NCBI GenBank assembly: GCA_963770895.1
Contig: CAVYRF010000002.1
Coordinates: forward strand, 2,880,001-2,944,000
Direction of reading: 5' to 3'
DNA: 64,000 nucleotides
Source: an uncultured Acidobacteriota bacterium
GTDB taxonomy: Bacteria; Acidobacteriota; Thermoanaerobaculia; Multivoradales; UBA5704
The stretch's first letter is position 1. Every line of letters starts with the position of its first letter. The notes beneath the pieces are model-generated. The model was not told where the DNA came from. It saw only the letters and a list, made by a program, of their open reading frames with translations, and ran no database searches. Positions 47,634 to 59,070 of this stretch are shown here, in pieces. Made by a program: the position numbers and the translations under genes.

Positions 47634-48134
47634 ATGTTCGAGCTCAAGCCGCTCTCCCGCGAAGCCGTCGCCGGCGCCCTGGACAAGGCGCATCGCTACC
47701 GTCTGCTGAGCGAGCCGGTCGAGGCGGAGAGCATCTGCCGCGACATCCTGGAGATCGACCCCGACAACCAGGAGGCGCTGGTCACCCTGGTCCTGGCGCT
47801 GTCCGACCAGTTCGAGGACCACCTGGGGCTGGCATCGGCGGAGGCCAAGGCGGTGCTGTCGCGCATCCGCGACGAATACAGCCGCGTCTACCACGCCGGC
47901 ATCCTGTGCGAGCGGCGCGCCAAGGCTCACATCAAGCGCGGCGGCCCGCGCGCCGGTCACATCGCCTACGAATGGCTGCGCGAAGCGATGGACCACTTCG
48001 AGAAGGCGATCGCCCTGCGCCCGCACGGCAACGACGATTCCATCCTGCGCTGGAACACCTGCGTCCGCACCCTGCGCGCCCATCCGACCCTGGCGCCCGA
48101 CCTGCAGGAAAGCGTCCACCACTGGCTGGAGTGA
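47634..48134 (+). CDS. Hypothetical TPR-like protein downstream of sdhB
   Basis: AGGAGG RBS; KAHRYRLLSEPVEAESICRDIL...GILCERRAKA...LRWNTCVR; strong GC3 bias. Confidence 0.8.
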   Translation: MFELKPLSREAVAGALDKAHRYRLLSEPVEAESICRDILEIDPDNQEALVTLVLALSDQFEDHLGLASAEAKAVLSRIRDEYSRVYHAGILCERRAKAHIKRGGPRAGHIAYEWLREAMDHFEKAIALRPHGNDDSILRWNTCVRTLRAHPTLAPDLQESVHHWLE

Positions 48135-48146
48135 GCGGGCGCGTTA

Positions 48147-48169
48147 AATCCGACCGACCGTGCTATTCT
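48147..48169 (+). promoter_or_regulatory. tetR promoter (TGcTATTCT) overlapped by a candidate TetR operator
   Basis: AATCCGACCGACCGTGCTATT; its reverse complement matches 48836-48856 at 15/21. Confidence 0.5.
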
Positions 48170-48175
48170 AGGGCC

Positions 48176-48775
48176 GTGACCAAGGGCGAACAGACGCGGC
48201 GCGAGATCGTCGACCGGGCGCTGGTGATGGCCGGCGAAGTCGGCCTGGAACGGCTGTCGCTGGGCAACCTGGCGGCCGACGTGCAGCTTTCCAAGAGCGG
48301 CCTGTTCGCCCACTTCAAGTCCAAGGAAGCGCTGCAGCTGGCGGTGCTGCAGCAGGCGATCGACAGTTTCGTGCGCGAGGTGGTGCAGCCGGCCCTGGGC
48401 CTGCCGCGCGGCGAGCCGCGGGTGCTCATGCTGTTCGACCGGTTCCTGACCTGGATCATCGGCGGCGGCCGGCGCGGCAGCTGCATCTTCATGGCGCTCA
48501 ATCACGAATACGACGACCGGCCGGGCGCGGTGCGCGACCTGCTGGTCGAATCGCAGCGCGAGTGGCAGCGCACGCTGGCGCGCGCGGCGCAGATCGCCGT
48601 CGAGGAAGGGCACTTTCGCGCCGGGCTGGACGCCGAGCAGTTCGCCTACGAAGTCGAGGGGATCGGCATGGCCTATCAGCAGGCCCACAAGCTCCTCGCC
48701 GATCCCAAAGCCGAAACCAAGGCCCACGCCGCCTTTGCGGCGCTCCTGGCGCGAAGCAGCCAGGGCGTGCAGTAG
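48176..48775 (+). CDS. TetR/AcrR family regulator
   Basis: TKGEQTRREI...LSLGNLAADVQLSKSGLFAHFKSKEALQ; GTG 6 nt after the -10, probably leaderless. Confidence 0.92.
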   Translation: MTKGEQTRREIVDRALVMAGEVGLERLSLGNLAADVQLSKSGLFAHFKSKEALQLAVLQQAIDSFVREVVQPALGLPRGEPRVLMLFDRFLTWIIGGGRRGSCIFMALNHEYDDRPGAVRDLLVESQREWQRTLARAAQIAVEEGHFRAGLDAEQFAYEVEGIGMAYQQAHKLLADPKAETKAHAAFAALLARSSQGVQ

Positions 48776-48793
48776 AGGCCGGGAGGAACGCCA

Positions 48794-49687
48794 ATGCTGG
48801 ACGCGACGTCAGGCAGCTCCTTCGTTCCGCCACAAAAAAGCACGACCGATCGTCCTAAGGCGCTTCTGGTGCCCGGCTGGATGCGGACCGGCTTCCGCGT
48901 CACCGGGGCGGTGGCGCCGGGCGCCGCGGCCCTGCTCGCGCGGCAGGTCTTTTTCACCCCGCCGCGGACGCCGCTGCGCGTGGCCGAGAGCGCGGTGCTG
49001 GCGCGCGGCGAGCGCTTTTCGCTGGTGGCGGCGGGCGGCCAGGTGGTCGGCCACAGCTGGGGCGAAGGGCCGACGGTGCTGCTGGTCCATGGCTGGGGCG
49101 GCCATGCCGGGCACATGACGGCGCTGGTCGATCCGCTGCTCGCCGCCGGATTCCGCGCCGTCGCGCTCGACCTGCCGGCGCACGGCGAGTCGGCGGGGCG
49201 GCTGTCGTCGCTGGTGCATTTCGGCGCCGCCCTGGCGCGGGCGGCGGCGCTGTTCGGGCCGGTGCACGGCCTGGTGGCGCACTCCTTCGGCGCCGCCGGC
49301 AGCACCTACCAGATGTCGCGCGGCCTGGCGGTGGGGCGCGCCGTGTTCGTCGCCCCGCCGGCGCGCTTCGACGGCGTCTGGTCGCGCTTCCGCGAGTCCT
49401 TCGGCGTCGGCGACGAGGTGTGGCGGCGCATGGTCGCCGACGTCGAGCGGTGGCTCGCGGTGAGCTTCGCCGACATCGCGCCGGTCGACCTGGCGCCGGC
49501 GATGACCACGCCGCTGCTCATCCTGCACGACCAGGGCGACCGCGAGGTGCCGATCGCCGAGGGCGCCGAGCTGGCCAGCCGCTGGCCGGGCGCCGTGCTG
49601 GTGCGGCGGGAGGGGCTGGGCCACTTGCGCATCCTGCGCGACGGCTCCGCGGTCGCCCAGGCGGTGGCCTTCCTGGCCGCCGCGTAG
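48794..49687 (+). CDS. Alpha/beta hydrolase
   Basis: LLVHGWGG, DLPAHGES, nucleophile AHSFG, HDQGDREVP, GLGH. Confidence 0.9.
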   Translation: MLDATSGSSFVPPQKSTTDRPKALLVPGWMRTGFRVTGAVAPGAAALLARQVFFTPPRTPLRVAESAVLARGERFSLVAAGGQVVGHSWGEGPTVLLVHGWGGHAGHMTALVDPLLAAGFRAVALDLPAHGESAGRLSSLVHFGAALARAAALFGPVHGLVAHSFGAAGSTYQMSRGLAVGRAVFVAPPARFDGVWSRFRESFGVGDEVWRRMVADVERWLAVSFADIAPVDLAPAMTTPLLILHDQGDREVPIAEGAELASRWPGAVLVRREGLGHLRILRDGSAVAQAVAFLAAA

Positions 49688-49759
49688 CGGCCTGGTCCCT
49701 GGCTGCCACGGCTTCCTGCTAGGATGATCGAGCCCGGCAGGGCGTCAAGGAGGATCTGG

Positions 49760-50896
49760 ATGAGCCCGAATCCGTTGCAGCAGCTGACCGCGCTGGGCCA
49801 GAGCGTCTGGTACGACTACATTCGCCGCGACCTCTACCAGGGGCCGGAGCTGCGCCAGCTGATCGCCGGCGACAGCTTGCGCGGCATGACCTCCAATCCG
49901 ACCATCTTCCAGCAGGCGATCGCCGCCACCCAGCTGTACGACGAAGACATCCGCCGGCTGGGCGAACAGGGGCTGCCGGCGGCGGAGATCTTCGAGCGCC
50001 TGGAGGTGGAAGACGTGAGCGCCGCCGCCGATGCGTTCCGCGGCGTCTACGACGCGTCCAATGGCGCGGACGGCTACGTTTCGATCGAGGTGGCCCCCCA
50101 TCTGGCGCTCGACGGCCCAGGCTCCATCGCGGAAGCGCGGCGGTTGTGGCGGGAGTGCGGGCGGCCCAACGTGATGGTCAAGATCCCGGGCACGGTGCCG
50201 GGGCTGGCCGCCATCCAGGACTGCCTGGCGCAAGGGATCAACATCAACATCACGCTGCTGTTTTCGGTCGAGCGGCACCGCCAGGTCATGGAGGCCTACC
50301 TGGCGGCGCTGGAAGCGCGCGTCGCCGCCGGGCAGCCGATCGACCGCATCCATTCGGTGGCCAGCTTCTTTGTCAGCAGGGTGGACACCAACGTCGACAA
50401 GAAGCTGGACGCGATCGCCGGCGACGCCGGCCGCCCCGACGCCGATCGCCAGCTGGCGCGCCAGCTGCGCGGCAAGACCGCCATCGCCAACGCACGGCTG
50501 GCCTATCGCGCCTTCGAAGAGGTGTTCGGCGGCGAGCGCTTTGCGCGGCTCAAGGAGCACGGCGCCAACCGCCAGCGGCCGCTGTGGGCATCCACCTCGA
50601 CCAAGGACAAGGCCTATCCCGACCTGTATTACGTCGAGGAGCTGATCGCCCCCGACAGCGTTGACACGGTGCCGCGCGAAACCTTTGACGCCTATCGCGA
50701 TCACGGCAAGCCGCAGGTGCGCATCCACGACGACCTGGCGGGCGCCGAGGCGACGTTCGCCGGCCTGGCCAAGCTGGGCATCGACGAGCAGCAGGTCTAC
50801 AAGGAGCTGGAGGACGAAGGCATCCGCAAGTTCGGCGAGTCGTACGACACCTTGCTGGCGGCGCTGGCCGAAAAGGAGAAGGCTGTTCGCGTGTGA
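49760..50896 (+). CDS. tal: Transaldolase
   Basis: GMTSNPTIF, VSIEV, VMVKIP, NINITLLF, VASFFVSRVD, RPLWASTSTK. Confidence 0.95.
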   Translation: MSPNPLQQLTALGQSVWYDYIRRDLYQGPELRQLIAGDSLRGMTSNPTIFQQAIAATQLYDEDIRRLGEQGLPAAEIFERLEVEDVSAAADAFRGVYDASNGADGYVSIEVAPHLALDGPGSIAEARRLWRECGRPNVMVKIPGTVPGLAAIQDCLAQGININITLLFSVERHRQVMEAYLAALEARVAAGQPIDRIHSVASFFVSRVDTNVDKKLDAIAGDAGRPDADRQLARQLRGKTAIANARLAYRAFEEVFGGERFARLKEHGANRQRPLWASTSTKDKAYPDLYYVEELIAPDSVDTVPRETFDAYRDHGKPQVRIHDDLAGAEATFAGLAKLGIDEQQVYKELEDEGIRKFGESYDTLLAALAEKEKAVRV

Positions 50897-51056
50897 TGGC
50901 TGGCCGGTGTCGGCCCAGCCGGCCGCACCGGGCGGCTCCTGGCTGCTCCGAGCGGCTCCTGGCGGCTCCGGATAGACGAGTGGGGAGCGCGGCGCGTACT
51001 AGATCTGAAGCCGCCTCCCACCGCCCGTCCTCGTCTGGGAGAGGGTCATCCCCACG

Positions 51057-51872
51057 ATGTACGACGCCTTCTACGGCTTTCAGGAACCGCCCTTCAACAT
51101 CACGCCCGATCCGCGCTTCCTCTTCTTCAGCGACCGGCACCGGGAAGCGTTCAACCACGTCCTGTTCGGCATCCGCGAGCGCAAGGGGTTCATCCAGCTG
51201 ACCGGCGAGGTGGGCGCCGGCAAGACCACGGTGTGCCGCGCCATCCTTGAGGAGCTGGGGCCGGGCGTGCGCACGGCGCTGATCCTGAATCCCTGCCTGA
51301 CCAGCACCCAGCTGCTGCGCGCCATCCTCATCGAATACGGTCTCCGGGCGCCGTCCAAGGCCGATCGCGTCACGCTGCTCGGCACCCTCAACCAGTTCCT
51401 GCTCGACCAGGTGGCGGCCGGCAACGACGTGGTGCTGCTGATCGACGAAGCGCAGGACCTGGACAGCGAGCTGCTCGAGCAGGTGCGGCTGCTGTCCAAC
51501 CTCGAAACCGACCAGCGCAAGCTGCTGCAGATCGTGCTCATCGGCCAGCCCGAGCTGCGCGACATGCTGGAGGAGAAGCGGCTGCGCCAGCTGCGCCAGC
51601 GCATCACCATCCGCTACCACCTGGCGCCGCTCACCCGCGAGGAGACGGAGTTCTACATCCAGCACCGGCTGCACGTCGCCGGCGGCAACGGCCGGCCGAG
51701 CTTCAGCCGCTGGGCGATCCGCGCCGTGCACCGCTATTCGCGCGGCGTGCCGCGCCTGATCAACGCGGTGTGCGACAAGACCTTGCTGTGCGGTTACGTG
51801 GCCGGCACCGACGAGCTGCTGGTGCGCCACGTGCGCCGCGCCGTGCGCGAGCTGGAGGGGAAGGCATCATGA
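51057..51872 (+). CDS. ExeA/GspA-like AAA ATPase, short form
   Basis: FYGFQEPPFNITPDPRF, TGEVGAGKTT, LIDEAQ, IGQPEL, GVPRLIN. Confidence 0.9.
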   Translation: MYDAFYGFQEPPFNITPDPRFLFFSDRHREAFNHVLFGIRERKGFIQLTGEVGAGKTTVCRAILEELGPGVRTALILNPCLTSTQLLRAILIEYGLRAPSKADRVTLLGTLNQFLLDQVAAGNDVVLLIDEAQDLDSELLEQVRLLSNLETDQRKLLQIVLIGQPELRDMLEEKRLRQLRQRITIRYHLAPLTREETEFYIQHRLHVAGGNGRPSFSRWAIRAVHRYSRGVPRLINAVCDKTLLCGYVAGTDELLVRHVRRAVRELEGKAS

Positions 51873-52930
51873 GCCTGATCGACGAGGCGCTCAAGCGGGC
51901 GCGGCTGGACGCGGCACGCCAGGATGCGGCGCGCCAGGGCGGCGCCCAGGGCGGCGGTTTCGCCACCCCCTGGACGCACATGCCGCAGGGGCGCCGCCGT
52001 GCCGCCGCTCCCCCTCACCTGGCGCTGATCGCCGGCATGGCCCTGTCGGTGCTGATCGGCGCCGTCGGCGTCATGCTGTTCATCCGCTCCTCGCGTGCCG
52101 CCGGCCCCGCCGCCGGCAACCTCGCCGCCGCGGCGGCGCCGGACGCGGCCGGCGCGGTGGCCGCCGGTGGCCAGGCCGGCAGCGTCGGCGACGGCGGTAC
52201 GGACGCCGTTGCCACCACCACCGGAGCCGGTGCCGGGCGCCTGGATCGCGCCGCTCGCGCCGCGGCGCGCGCCGCGGCCGGCCGCACCGGCATCGCCAGT
52301 GGCGTCAACAGCGCCGGCGGCGAACGGGATGAGCCAGCCGCCGGCAGGGCCGAGCCGACCGAGCGGCGGGCTGGCCTCCGGGGCGGTGCCGCCGGTGCCG
52401 GTGCCGCGGCTGCGGACGCCGCGCCTTCCGGCGGCGTGCCGGCATCCGCGTACGCCGCCGCCCCTGCCGCCGCCCCTGCCGCCGCCGTCCCCGGCGTCGG
52501 CATCACCAGCGCTGCGCCCGGCCTGGCGGCCGGCGCGGGGGGCGCGGCCGGCGGCGCAACGCCGGCGCAGGGGGCGGCGCAGGAGCCGGCTGCCACCACC
52601 GTGATCCCCAGGTTGCCCGCCCCACCGCGGGCCGCGGCCGTGGCGGCGGTCCCCCTGGCCGCCGCGCCGCCTGCTCCGGCCGCCCCCAAGGCCGCCGTGC
52701 ACATGGTGGAGGACGGCGGCAGCTACGCCGGCGAGGTGAAGCTGGACGACGGCAGCACCGTCAAGCTGTCGGGCATCGCCTATACCGAGGCCAGCCCGGC
52801 GGCGGTGATCAACGGCAAGGTGCTGGGGCCCGGCCAGAGCGTCGACGACGTGACGGTGGACCGCATCGAGCCCGACCGGGTGACCCTGCGTCACCGCTCG
52901 GGCATCGTGTTCTACCTGCGCCCGAACTGA
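51869..52930 (+). CDS. GspB/ExeB-like bitopic protein
   Basis: MSLIDEALKRA N-terminus, TM, Ala/Pro linker, C-terminal LSGIAY...AVING...GQSV...VDRIEPDRV. Confidence 0.8.
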   Translation: MSLIDEALKRARLDAARQDAARQGGAQGGGFATPWTHMPQGRRRAAAPPHLALIAGMALSVLIGAVGVMLFIRSSRAAGPAAGNLAAAAAPDAAGAVAAGGQAGSVGDGGTDAVATTTGAGAGRLDRAARAAARAAAGRTGIASGVNSAGGERDEPAAGRAEPTERRAGLRGGAAGAGAAAADAAPSGGVPASAYAAAPAAAPAAAVPGVGITSAAPGLAAGAGGAAGGATPAQGAAQEPAATTVIPRLPAPPRAAAVAAVPLAAAPPAPAAPKAAVHMVEDGGSYAGEVKLDDGSTVKLSGIAYTEASPAAVINGKVLGPGQSVDDVTVDRIEPDRVTLRHRSGIVFYLRPN

Positions 52931-53059
52931 AACGCTGGCGGTGGTTGCCACCGGACGGCGCTTTCTGCTGAGATGGGCTGCGGCCGTCGCGGCTGCGCCG
53001 ACCGGAGTCAGGCCGGCGCGCGCGCAGCCCCGCACCGGGCGGCGGCCAAAAGGGAGGTC

Positions 53060-53692
53060 ATGAGCGCGAGCACAGAACCGATCACGCACCTGTTCACCGA
53101 CGTGGGAGGGGTCCTGGCGACCAACGGCTGGGACCACGAGCTGCGCTACCGCACCGCCGACCACTTCGCCGTCGACCGCGCCGAGATGGATGACCGGCAC
53201 CACCTCACCTACGACGTCTACGAGTCGGGCAAGATGTCGCTGGCGGCCTACCTGGACAGCATCATCTTCTACAAGCCGCGCTCCTTCAGCCGCGACGACG
53301 TGATCGCCTACATCCTCGGCCAGGGGCGTGCCTTCCCCGACATGCTCGACCTGGTGGGGCGGGTCAAGCGCCGCCACGGCCTCAAGGTGGCGGTGGTGAG
53401 CAACGAAGGGCGCGAGCTGACCGTCGACCGTATCGCCCGCTTCGGGCTCGACAGGATCGCGGATTTCTTCATCGTCTCGGGCTTCGTGCACCTGCGCAAG
53501 CCCGACCAGGACATCTTCCGCCTGGCCCTGGACATCGCCCAGGTTTCGCCGCGGCGGGTCGTCTACCTGGAAGACCGGCCGCTCTTCGTGGACGTGGCGG
53601 CGGGTCTGGGGCTGCACGCCATCCGGCACCAGGATTGTGAATCCACACGCCAACGCCTGGCCGAGCTGGGCCTGGGCGATCAGGAGAGCTAG
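53060..53692 (+). CDS. HAD-superfamily phosphatase
   Basis: FTDVGGVL, VVSNE, RKPD, YLEDR. Confidence 0.88.
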   Translation: MSASTEPITHLFTDVGGVLATNGWDHELRYRTADHFAVDRAEMDDRHHLTYDVYESGKMSLAAYLDSIIFYKPRSFSRDDVIAYILGQGRAFPDMLDLVGRVKRRHGLKVAVVSNEGRELTVDRIARFGLDRIADFFIVSGFVHLRKPDQDIFRLALDIAQVSPRRVVYLEDRPLFVDVAAGLGLHAIRHQDCESTRQRLAELGLGDQES

Positions 53693-53694
53693 CA

Positions 53695-55212
<1,518 letters not shown>

Positions 55213-55258
55213 CACCGAACATCGCGGCATCGCGGCACTGCAAACCTGGAGGGTTGCC

Positions 55259-56716
55259 ATGGCAAGGCGCGGCGATCACCTGGAGCGCTGGCGGGGGTGG
55301 GAGAGCGGTCCCTGGCCGAAGCTGCTGGTGGTGGCCGCGGTGGCCGCGCTGACCGGCGGCGGTTGGTGCGCCAGGGTGGCGGCGCTGCCGGCGACGTCGG
55401 TGCTGTCGGCGATGTCGGCGACATCGGCCGGTGAGGGGCCGGCGCCGCGCGGCTGCATCCTGATCTCGATCGACACGCTGCGCTACGACCACCTGGGCTG
55501 TGACGGGTACGCCCTCCCCACCAGCCCGCGGATCGACCGCTTCCGCCAGGACGCCGTGCTGTTCCTCGCCGCCATCGCCCAGGCGCCGTCGACGCTCGCC
55601 TCGCACGCTTCGATGCTGACGTCGCTGCTGCCGCCGCAGCACGGCGCATCGTTCAAGAACGGCACGGCGCTCGCCCCCGGCGTGCTGACGCTGGCCGAGC
55701 TGCTGCGGCGCCGCGGCATCGCCACCGCCTCCTTCAACGACGGCGGCCAGATCTCCCCCGAGTTCGGCCTGGGGCGCGGCTTCGACCGCTACCGCTCGCA
55801 GCAGGTCGGGCCGCGCACCGCGCACCTTGCCACACAGGTCGCCCAGACGATCGCCTGGCTGCGGCAGCACCCGGCGCGGCCGTTCTTCCTCTTCCTGCAC
55901 ACCTACGAGGTGCACCACCCCTACACGCCGGACGCCGCGCACCTGGCGCTGTTCGAGCCGGGACCCTACCGCGGCCCGCTGCCGGCGACGGAGACGTCCT
56001 TTGAGACGCTGGCGCGGATCAACGACGGGTTCCTGCGCCTGGGCGCAGGCGACCTGCGCCACGTCACGGACACCTACGACGGCGAGATCCGCGAGATGGA
56101 CGACGCCTTCGGCACCCTGATCGAGTTTCTCGTCGCCAGCGGCCTGTACGACCAGACGGCGATCCTCTTCACCTCCGACCATGGCGAAGAGTTTGGCGAG
56201 CACGGCAAGGTCGGGTGGCACTCCCACACTCTGTACGACGAGCTGCTGCGGGTGCCGCTGTTGATCAAGTATCCGGGTTCGGCGCACGCCGGCGGCTCGG
56301 TGACGCGCCAGGTGCGCAGCATCGACCTGGCGCCGACCGTCCTGCGCCTGATGGAGCTGCCGGCGGCCGCGGCCTTTCAGGGCCGCGACCTGACGCCGCT
56401 GGTGCAAGGCCACGTGGAGCCGGCGCGACTGGCGGTGGGCAACCTGGACGGCGGCGGCGTGCCCGCCATCCGCACCCAGGGTTGGAAGCTGATCGCCAAT
56501 CACCTGTTCGACCTGGTCCACGACCCCGGCGAGACGCTCGACGTCTCGGCGCGCTACCCCGACATCGCCGCCTTCCTGGCGGCGCGCCGGGACGCCCTGC
56601 TGGCCGGCGCGCCGCCCGCGCGCGGCCCCGTCGCGCACCTGAGCGCCCGCGCCAGCGCCGAGCTGGCCAGCCTCGGCTACATCGACGCCGGCGGCCCCGT
56701 CCTCGACCCCGACTGA
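55259..56716 (+). CDS. Sulfatase-like hydrolase (alkaline phosphatase superfamily)
   Basis: ISIDTLRYD, APSTLASHASMLTS, HTYEVHHPY, TSDHGEEFGEHG, VPLLIK. It lacks the C/S-x-P-x-R formylglycine motif. Confidence 0.88.
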   Translation: MARRGDHLERWRGWESGPWPKLLVVAAVAALTGGGWCARVAALPATSVLSAMSATSAGEGPAPRGCILISIDTLRYDHLGCDGYALPTSPRIDRFRQDAVLFLAAIAQAPSTLASHASMLTSLLPPQHGASFKNGTALAPGVLTLAELLRRRGIATASFNDGGQISPEFGLGRGFDRYRSQQVGPRTAHLATQVAQTIAWLRQHPARPFFLFLHTYEVHHPYTPDAAHLALFEPGPYRGPLPATETSFETLARINDGFLRLGAGDLRHVTDTYDGEIREMDDAFGTLIEFLVASGLYDQTAILFTSDHGEEFGEHGKVGWHSHTLYDELLRVPLLIKYPGSAHAGGSVTRQVRSIDLAPTVLRLMELPAAAAFQGRDLTPLVQGHVEPARLAVGNLDGGGVPAIRTQGWKLIANHLFDLVHDPGETLDVSARYPDIAAFLAARRDALLAGAPPARGPVAHLSARASAELASLGYIDAGGPVLDPD

Positions 56717-56776
56717 GCCGCTCAGGCCGCGGCGGCGGAGCGGCGCCAGGGAGGCGTGCGCTATCATGCTAGATCG

Positions 56777-57991
56777 ATGACAGCGCCACCCGTCTACACC
56801 AATGAAGAGCTGGAGCGGATGCTGGCTGACCTTGAGTCCGACCTGGTCGAGCGCAAGGAATCTTTCAAGGGTGACATCCCGGGAAAAGTTCGCGAGGCCG
56901 TCTGTGCATTTTCAAATGATCTCCCTGATCATCGGCGCCCTGGCGTCATAATAATCGGTGTTCGCGATGACGGTTCGCCGTCAGGGCTGCCCATCACGGA
57001 TGAGCTGCTGTTGCAGTTGGCGGACATGAAAACAGATGGCAACATATTGCCGCCGCCCTCGCTCACCGTTGCCAAGAAGGTCTTAAGGGGCAGCGACGTC
57101 GCCGTTGTGACAGTGCAGCCAGCGGACTCTCCGCCGGTTCGATTCAAAGGTCGTGTCTTCATTCGCATCAGCTCGCGGCGAGGCATTGCATCCCTGCAAG
57201 ATGAAAGGATCTTGAATGAGAAGCGCCGCTATGGCGACCGGCCCTTCGACGTACATGGTGTTCCAGCAGCCATCTTGACTGACCTTGATCACCGGAGATT
57301 CGAGGAGGAATATCTTCCGTCGGCCGTCGCCCGCGATGTCTTGGCTGCCAACGAGCGGACTCTTGAGCAGCGCCTTGCCGCCGCCAAGATGGTGGTTTCG
57401 GCGGACGAGCCGATACCGACGGTGCTCGGCATCCTGGTCCTGGGCACCCGCACGCGGGACTTCCTGCCAGGTGCCTATATCCAGTTCTTGCGGATAGCAG
57501 GTCGCGATCTTGCCGACCCTATCGTCGACGCTCAGCAGATCGACGGCGCGCTGACGGACCTGTTGCGGCTCATCGATACCAAGCTCTTGGCGCACAATCG
57601 AACGAGTGTGGAGATCAACCCCGATTCGCAAGAGCGCAGGCGATCGCTATATCCGCTTGCTGCGATTCAGCAGCTTGTGCGCAACGCTGTTATGCATCGG
57701 ACCTACGAGGCGACCAATGCCCCGATCCGAGTCCATTGGTATGACGATCGAATCGAGATCCTGAGCCCTGGGGGGCCTTTCGGCTCTGTTACAGTCAAGA
57801 ACTTTGGGCAGCCCGGTATCGCCGACTATCGAAACCCCAATCTGGCGGAAGCTTTGCGAGTCCTAGGGTATGTGCAGCGATTCGGTGTCGGTATTGCGAT
57901 CGCAAGAAGAGCGCTGGTAGAAAACAGCAATCCACTTCCGGAATTTGTAGTGGAGCAGTCGCATGTGGGCGTCATTCTAAGGATGTCATGA
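56777..57991 (+). CDS. AlbA_2 (Schlafen-like) domain plus HATPase_c_4 protein
   Basis: ESDLVERKES...VCAFSND...GVIIIGVRDDG; LVRNAVMHRTY, IEILSPGG, YRNPNLA, YVQRFGVGI; lower GC than flanks. Confidence 0.85.
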   Translation: MTAPPVYTNEELERMLADLESDLVERKESFKGDIPGKVREAVCAFSNDLPDHRRPGVIIIGVRDDGSPSGLPITDELLLQLADMKTDGNILPPPSLTVAKKVLRGSDVAVVTVQPADSPPVRFKGRVFIRISSRRGIASLQDERILNEKRRYGDRPFDVHGVPAAILTDLDHRRFEEEYLPSAVARDVLAANERTLEQRLAAAKMVVSADEPIPTVLGILVLGTRTRDFLPGAYIQFLRIAGRDLADPIVDAQQIDGALTDLLRLIDTKLLAHNRTSVEINPDSQERRRSLYPLAAIQQLVRNAVMHRTYEATNAPIRVHWYDDRIEILSPGGPFGSVTVKNFGQPGIADYRNPNLAEALRVLGYVQRFGVGIAIARRALVENSNPLPEFVVEQSHVGVILRMS

Positions 57992-58983
57992 TGAATACGA
58001 TAGCATTCTTCAATAATAAGGGTGGTGTCGGCAAAACCACTCTTGTTTATCATCTGTCATGGATGTTTGCTGATTTGGGAATCAAGGTGTTGGCGGTCGA
58101 TCTTGATCCGCAGGCTAACCTGAGTGGCATGTTCCTGCCCGACGAGAAAATCGAGGCATTGTGGCCTGAGGGCGAACACCCCAATACGGTGTATGGCGCG
58201 ATCCGGCCACTGTTCGACGGGACCGGCGACGTGGCTTCGCCGCATGTCGAATCGATTTCCGACAAGCTGTACCTCCTCGTTGGTGATCTCGATCTGGCGG
58301 ACTCGGAAGATGAGTTGGGAAGCCAATGGCCGGAATGCCTGGACCGGAAGCCGCGGGCCTTTCGAGTTCTTTCGACGTTCTGGCGCGCTATCGAGGCGGC
58401 TGCCGTAGCTCGCCAGGCGAATCTGGTGCTTATCGACGTCGGCCCCAACCTGGGAGCTATCAATCGCGCCGCGCTGATTTGCGCGCGGCATGTCGTGATC
58501 CCCTTGGCCCCGGATATCTTCTCTCTGCAGGGCTTGAAGAACCTTGGGCCGGCGCTGCGGCGCTGGCGAGAGCAGTGGCGGGAGAGGCGCGACCGTAATC
58601 CTCTGCCGGCTTTATCTATCCCGCCGGGTGAGATGACACCTGCCGGATACATAGTACTGCAGCATGCCGTGCGGTTGGATCGGCCAGTGAAGGCCTATCT
58701 CCGCTGGATGGGGCGAATCCCGGGTATCTATCATCGGGCTGTGCTCGACCAGATGGACACGCCTTCCGATCTGCGCGTGCAGGACGATCCACATCGCCTC
58801 GCTGCGCTCAAGCACTATCGGAGCCTGATGCCTCTGGCCCAGGAGGCTCGTAAGCCGATGTTTTTTCTCACTTCAGCCGATGGTGCCATCGGTGGACATG
58901 CCAAAGCCGTACAGGATTGCTATCGCGACTTCAGCGACCTCGCCCATAGTATCGCCAAGCGTTGTGGTGTGGCCTTGCCTTGA
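57988..58983 (+). CDS. Orphan ParA/Soj-family ATPase
   Basis: FFNNKGGVGKTT, VDLDPQANLS, LIDVGPNLGAINR; ATGA overlap; lower GC. Confidence 0.9.
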   Translation: MMNTIAFFNNKGGVGKTTLVYHLSWMFADLGIKVLAVDLDPQANLSGMFLPDEKIEALWPEGEHPNTVYGAIRPLFDGTGDVASPHVESISDKLYLLVGDLDLADSEDELGSQWPECLDRKPRAFRVLSTFWRAIEAAAVARQANLVLIDVGPNLGAINRAALICARHVVIPLAPDIFSLQGLKNLGPALRRWREQWRERRDRNPLPALSIPPGEMTPAGYIVLQHAVRLDRPVKAYLRWMGRIPGIYHRAVLDQMDTPSDLRVQDDPHRLAALKHYRSLMPLAQEARKPMFFLTSADGAIGGHAKAVQDCYRDFSDLAHSIAKRCGVALP

Positions 58984-59070
58984 GTGACTGTTCGCCGGCT
59001 GCTGATTGACCGGCGCCCGGATCGCGCGGAGTCCCGTGCCCGACGGATTGCTGATCGTCGCCGGCGCCGC

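Noticed and set aside
57988-58983. Plasmid or chromosome partition locus
   Set aside because: No parB, parS-like repeats or rep gene, and the flanks are ordinary chromosomal genes.
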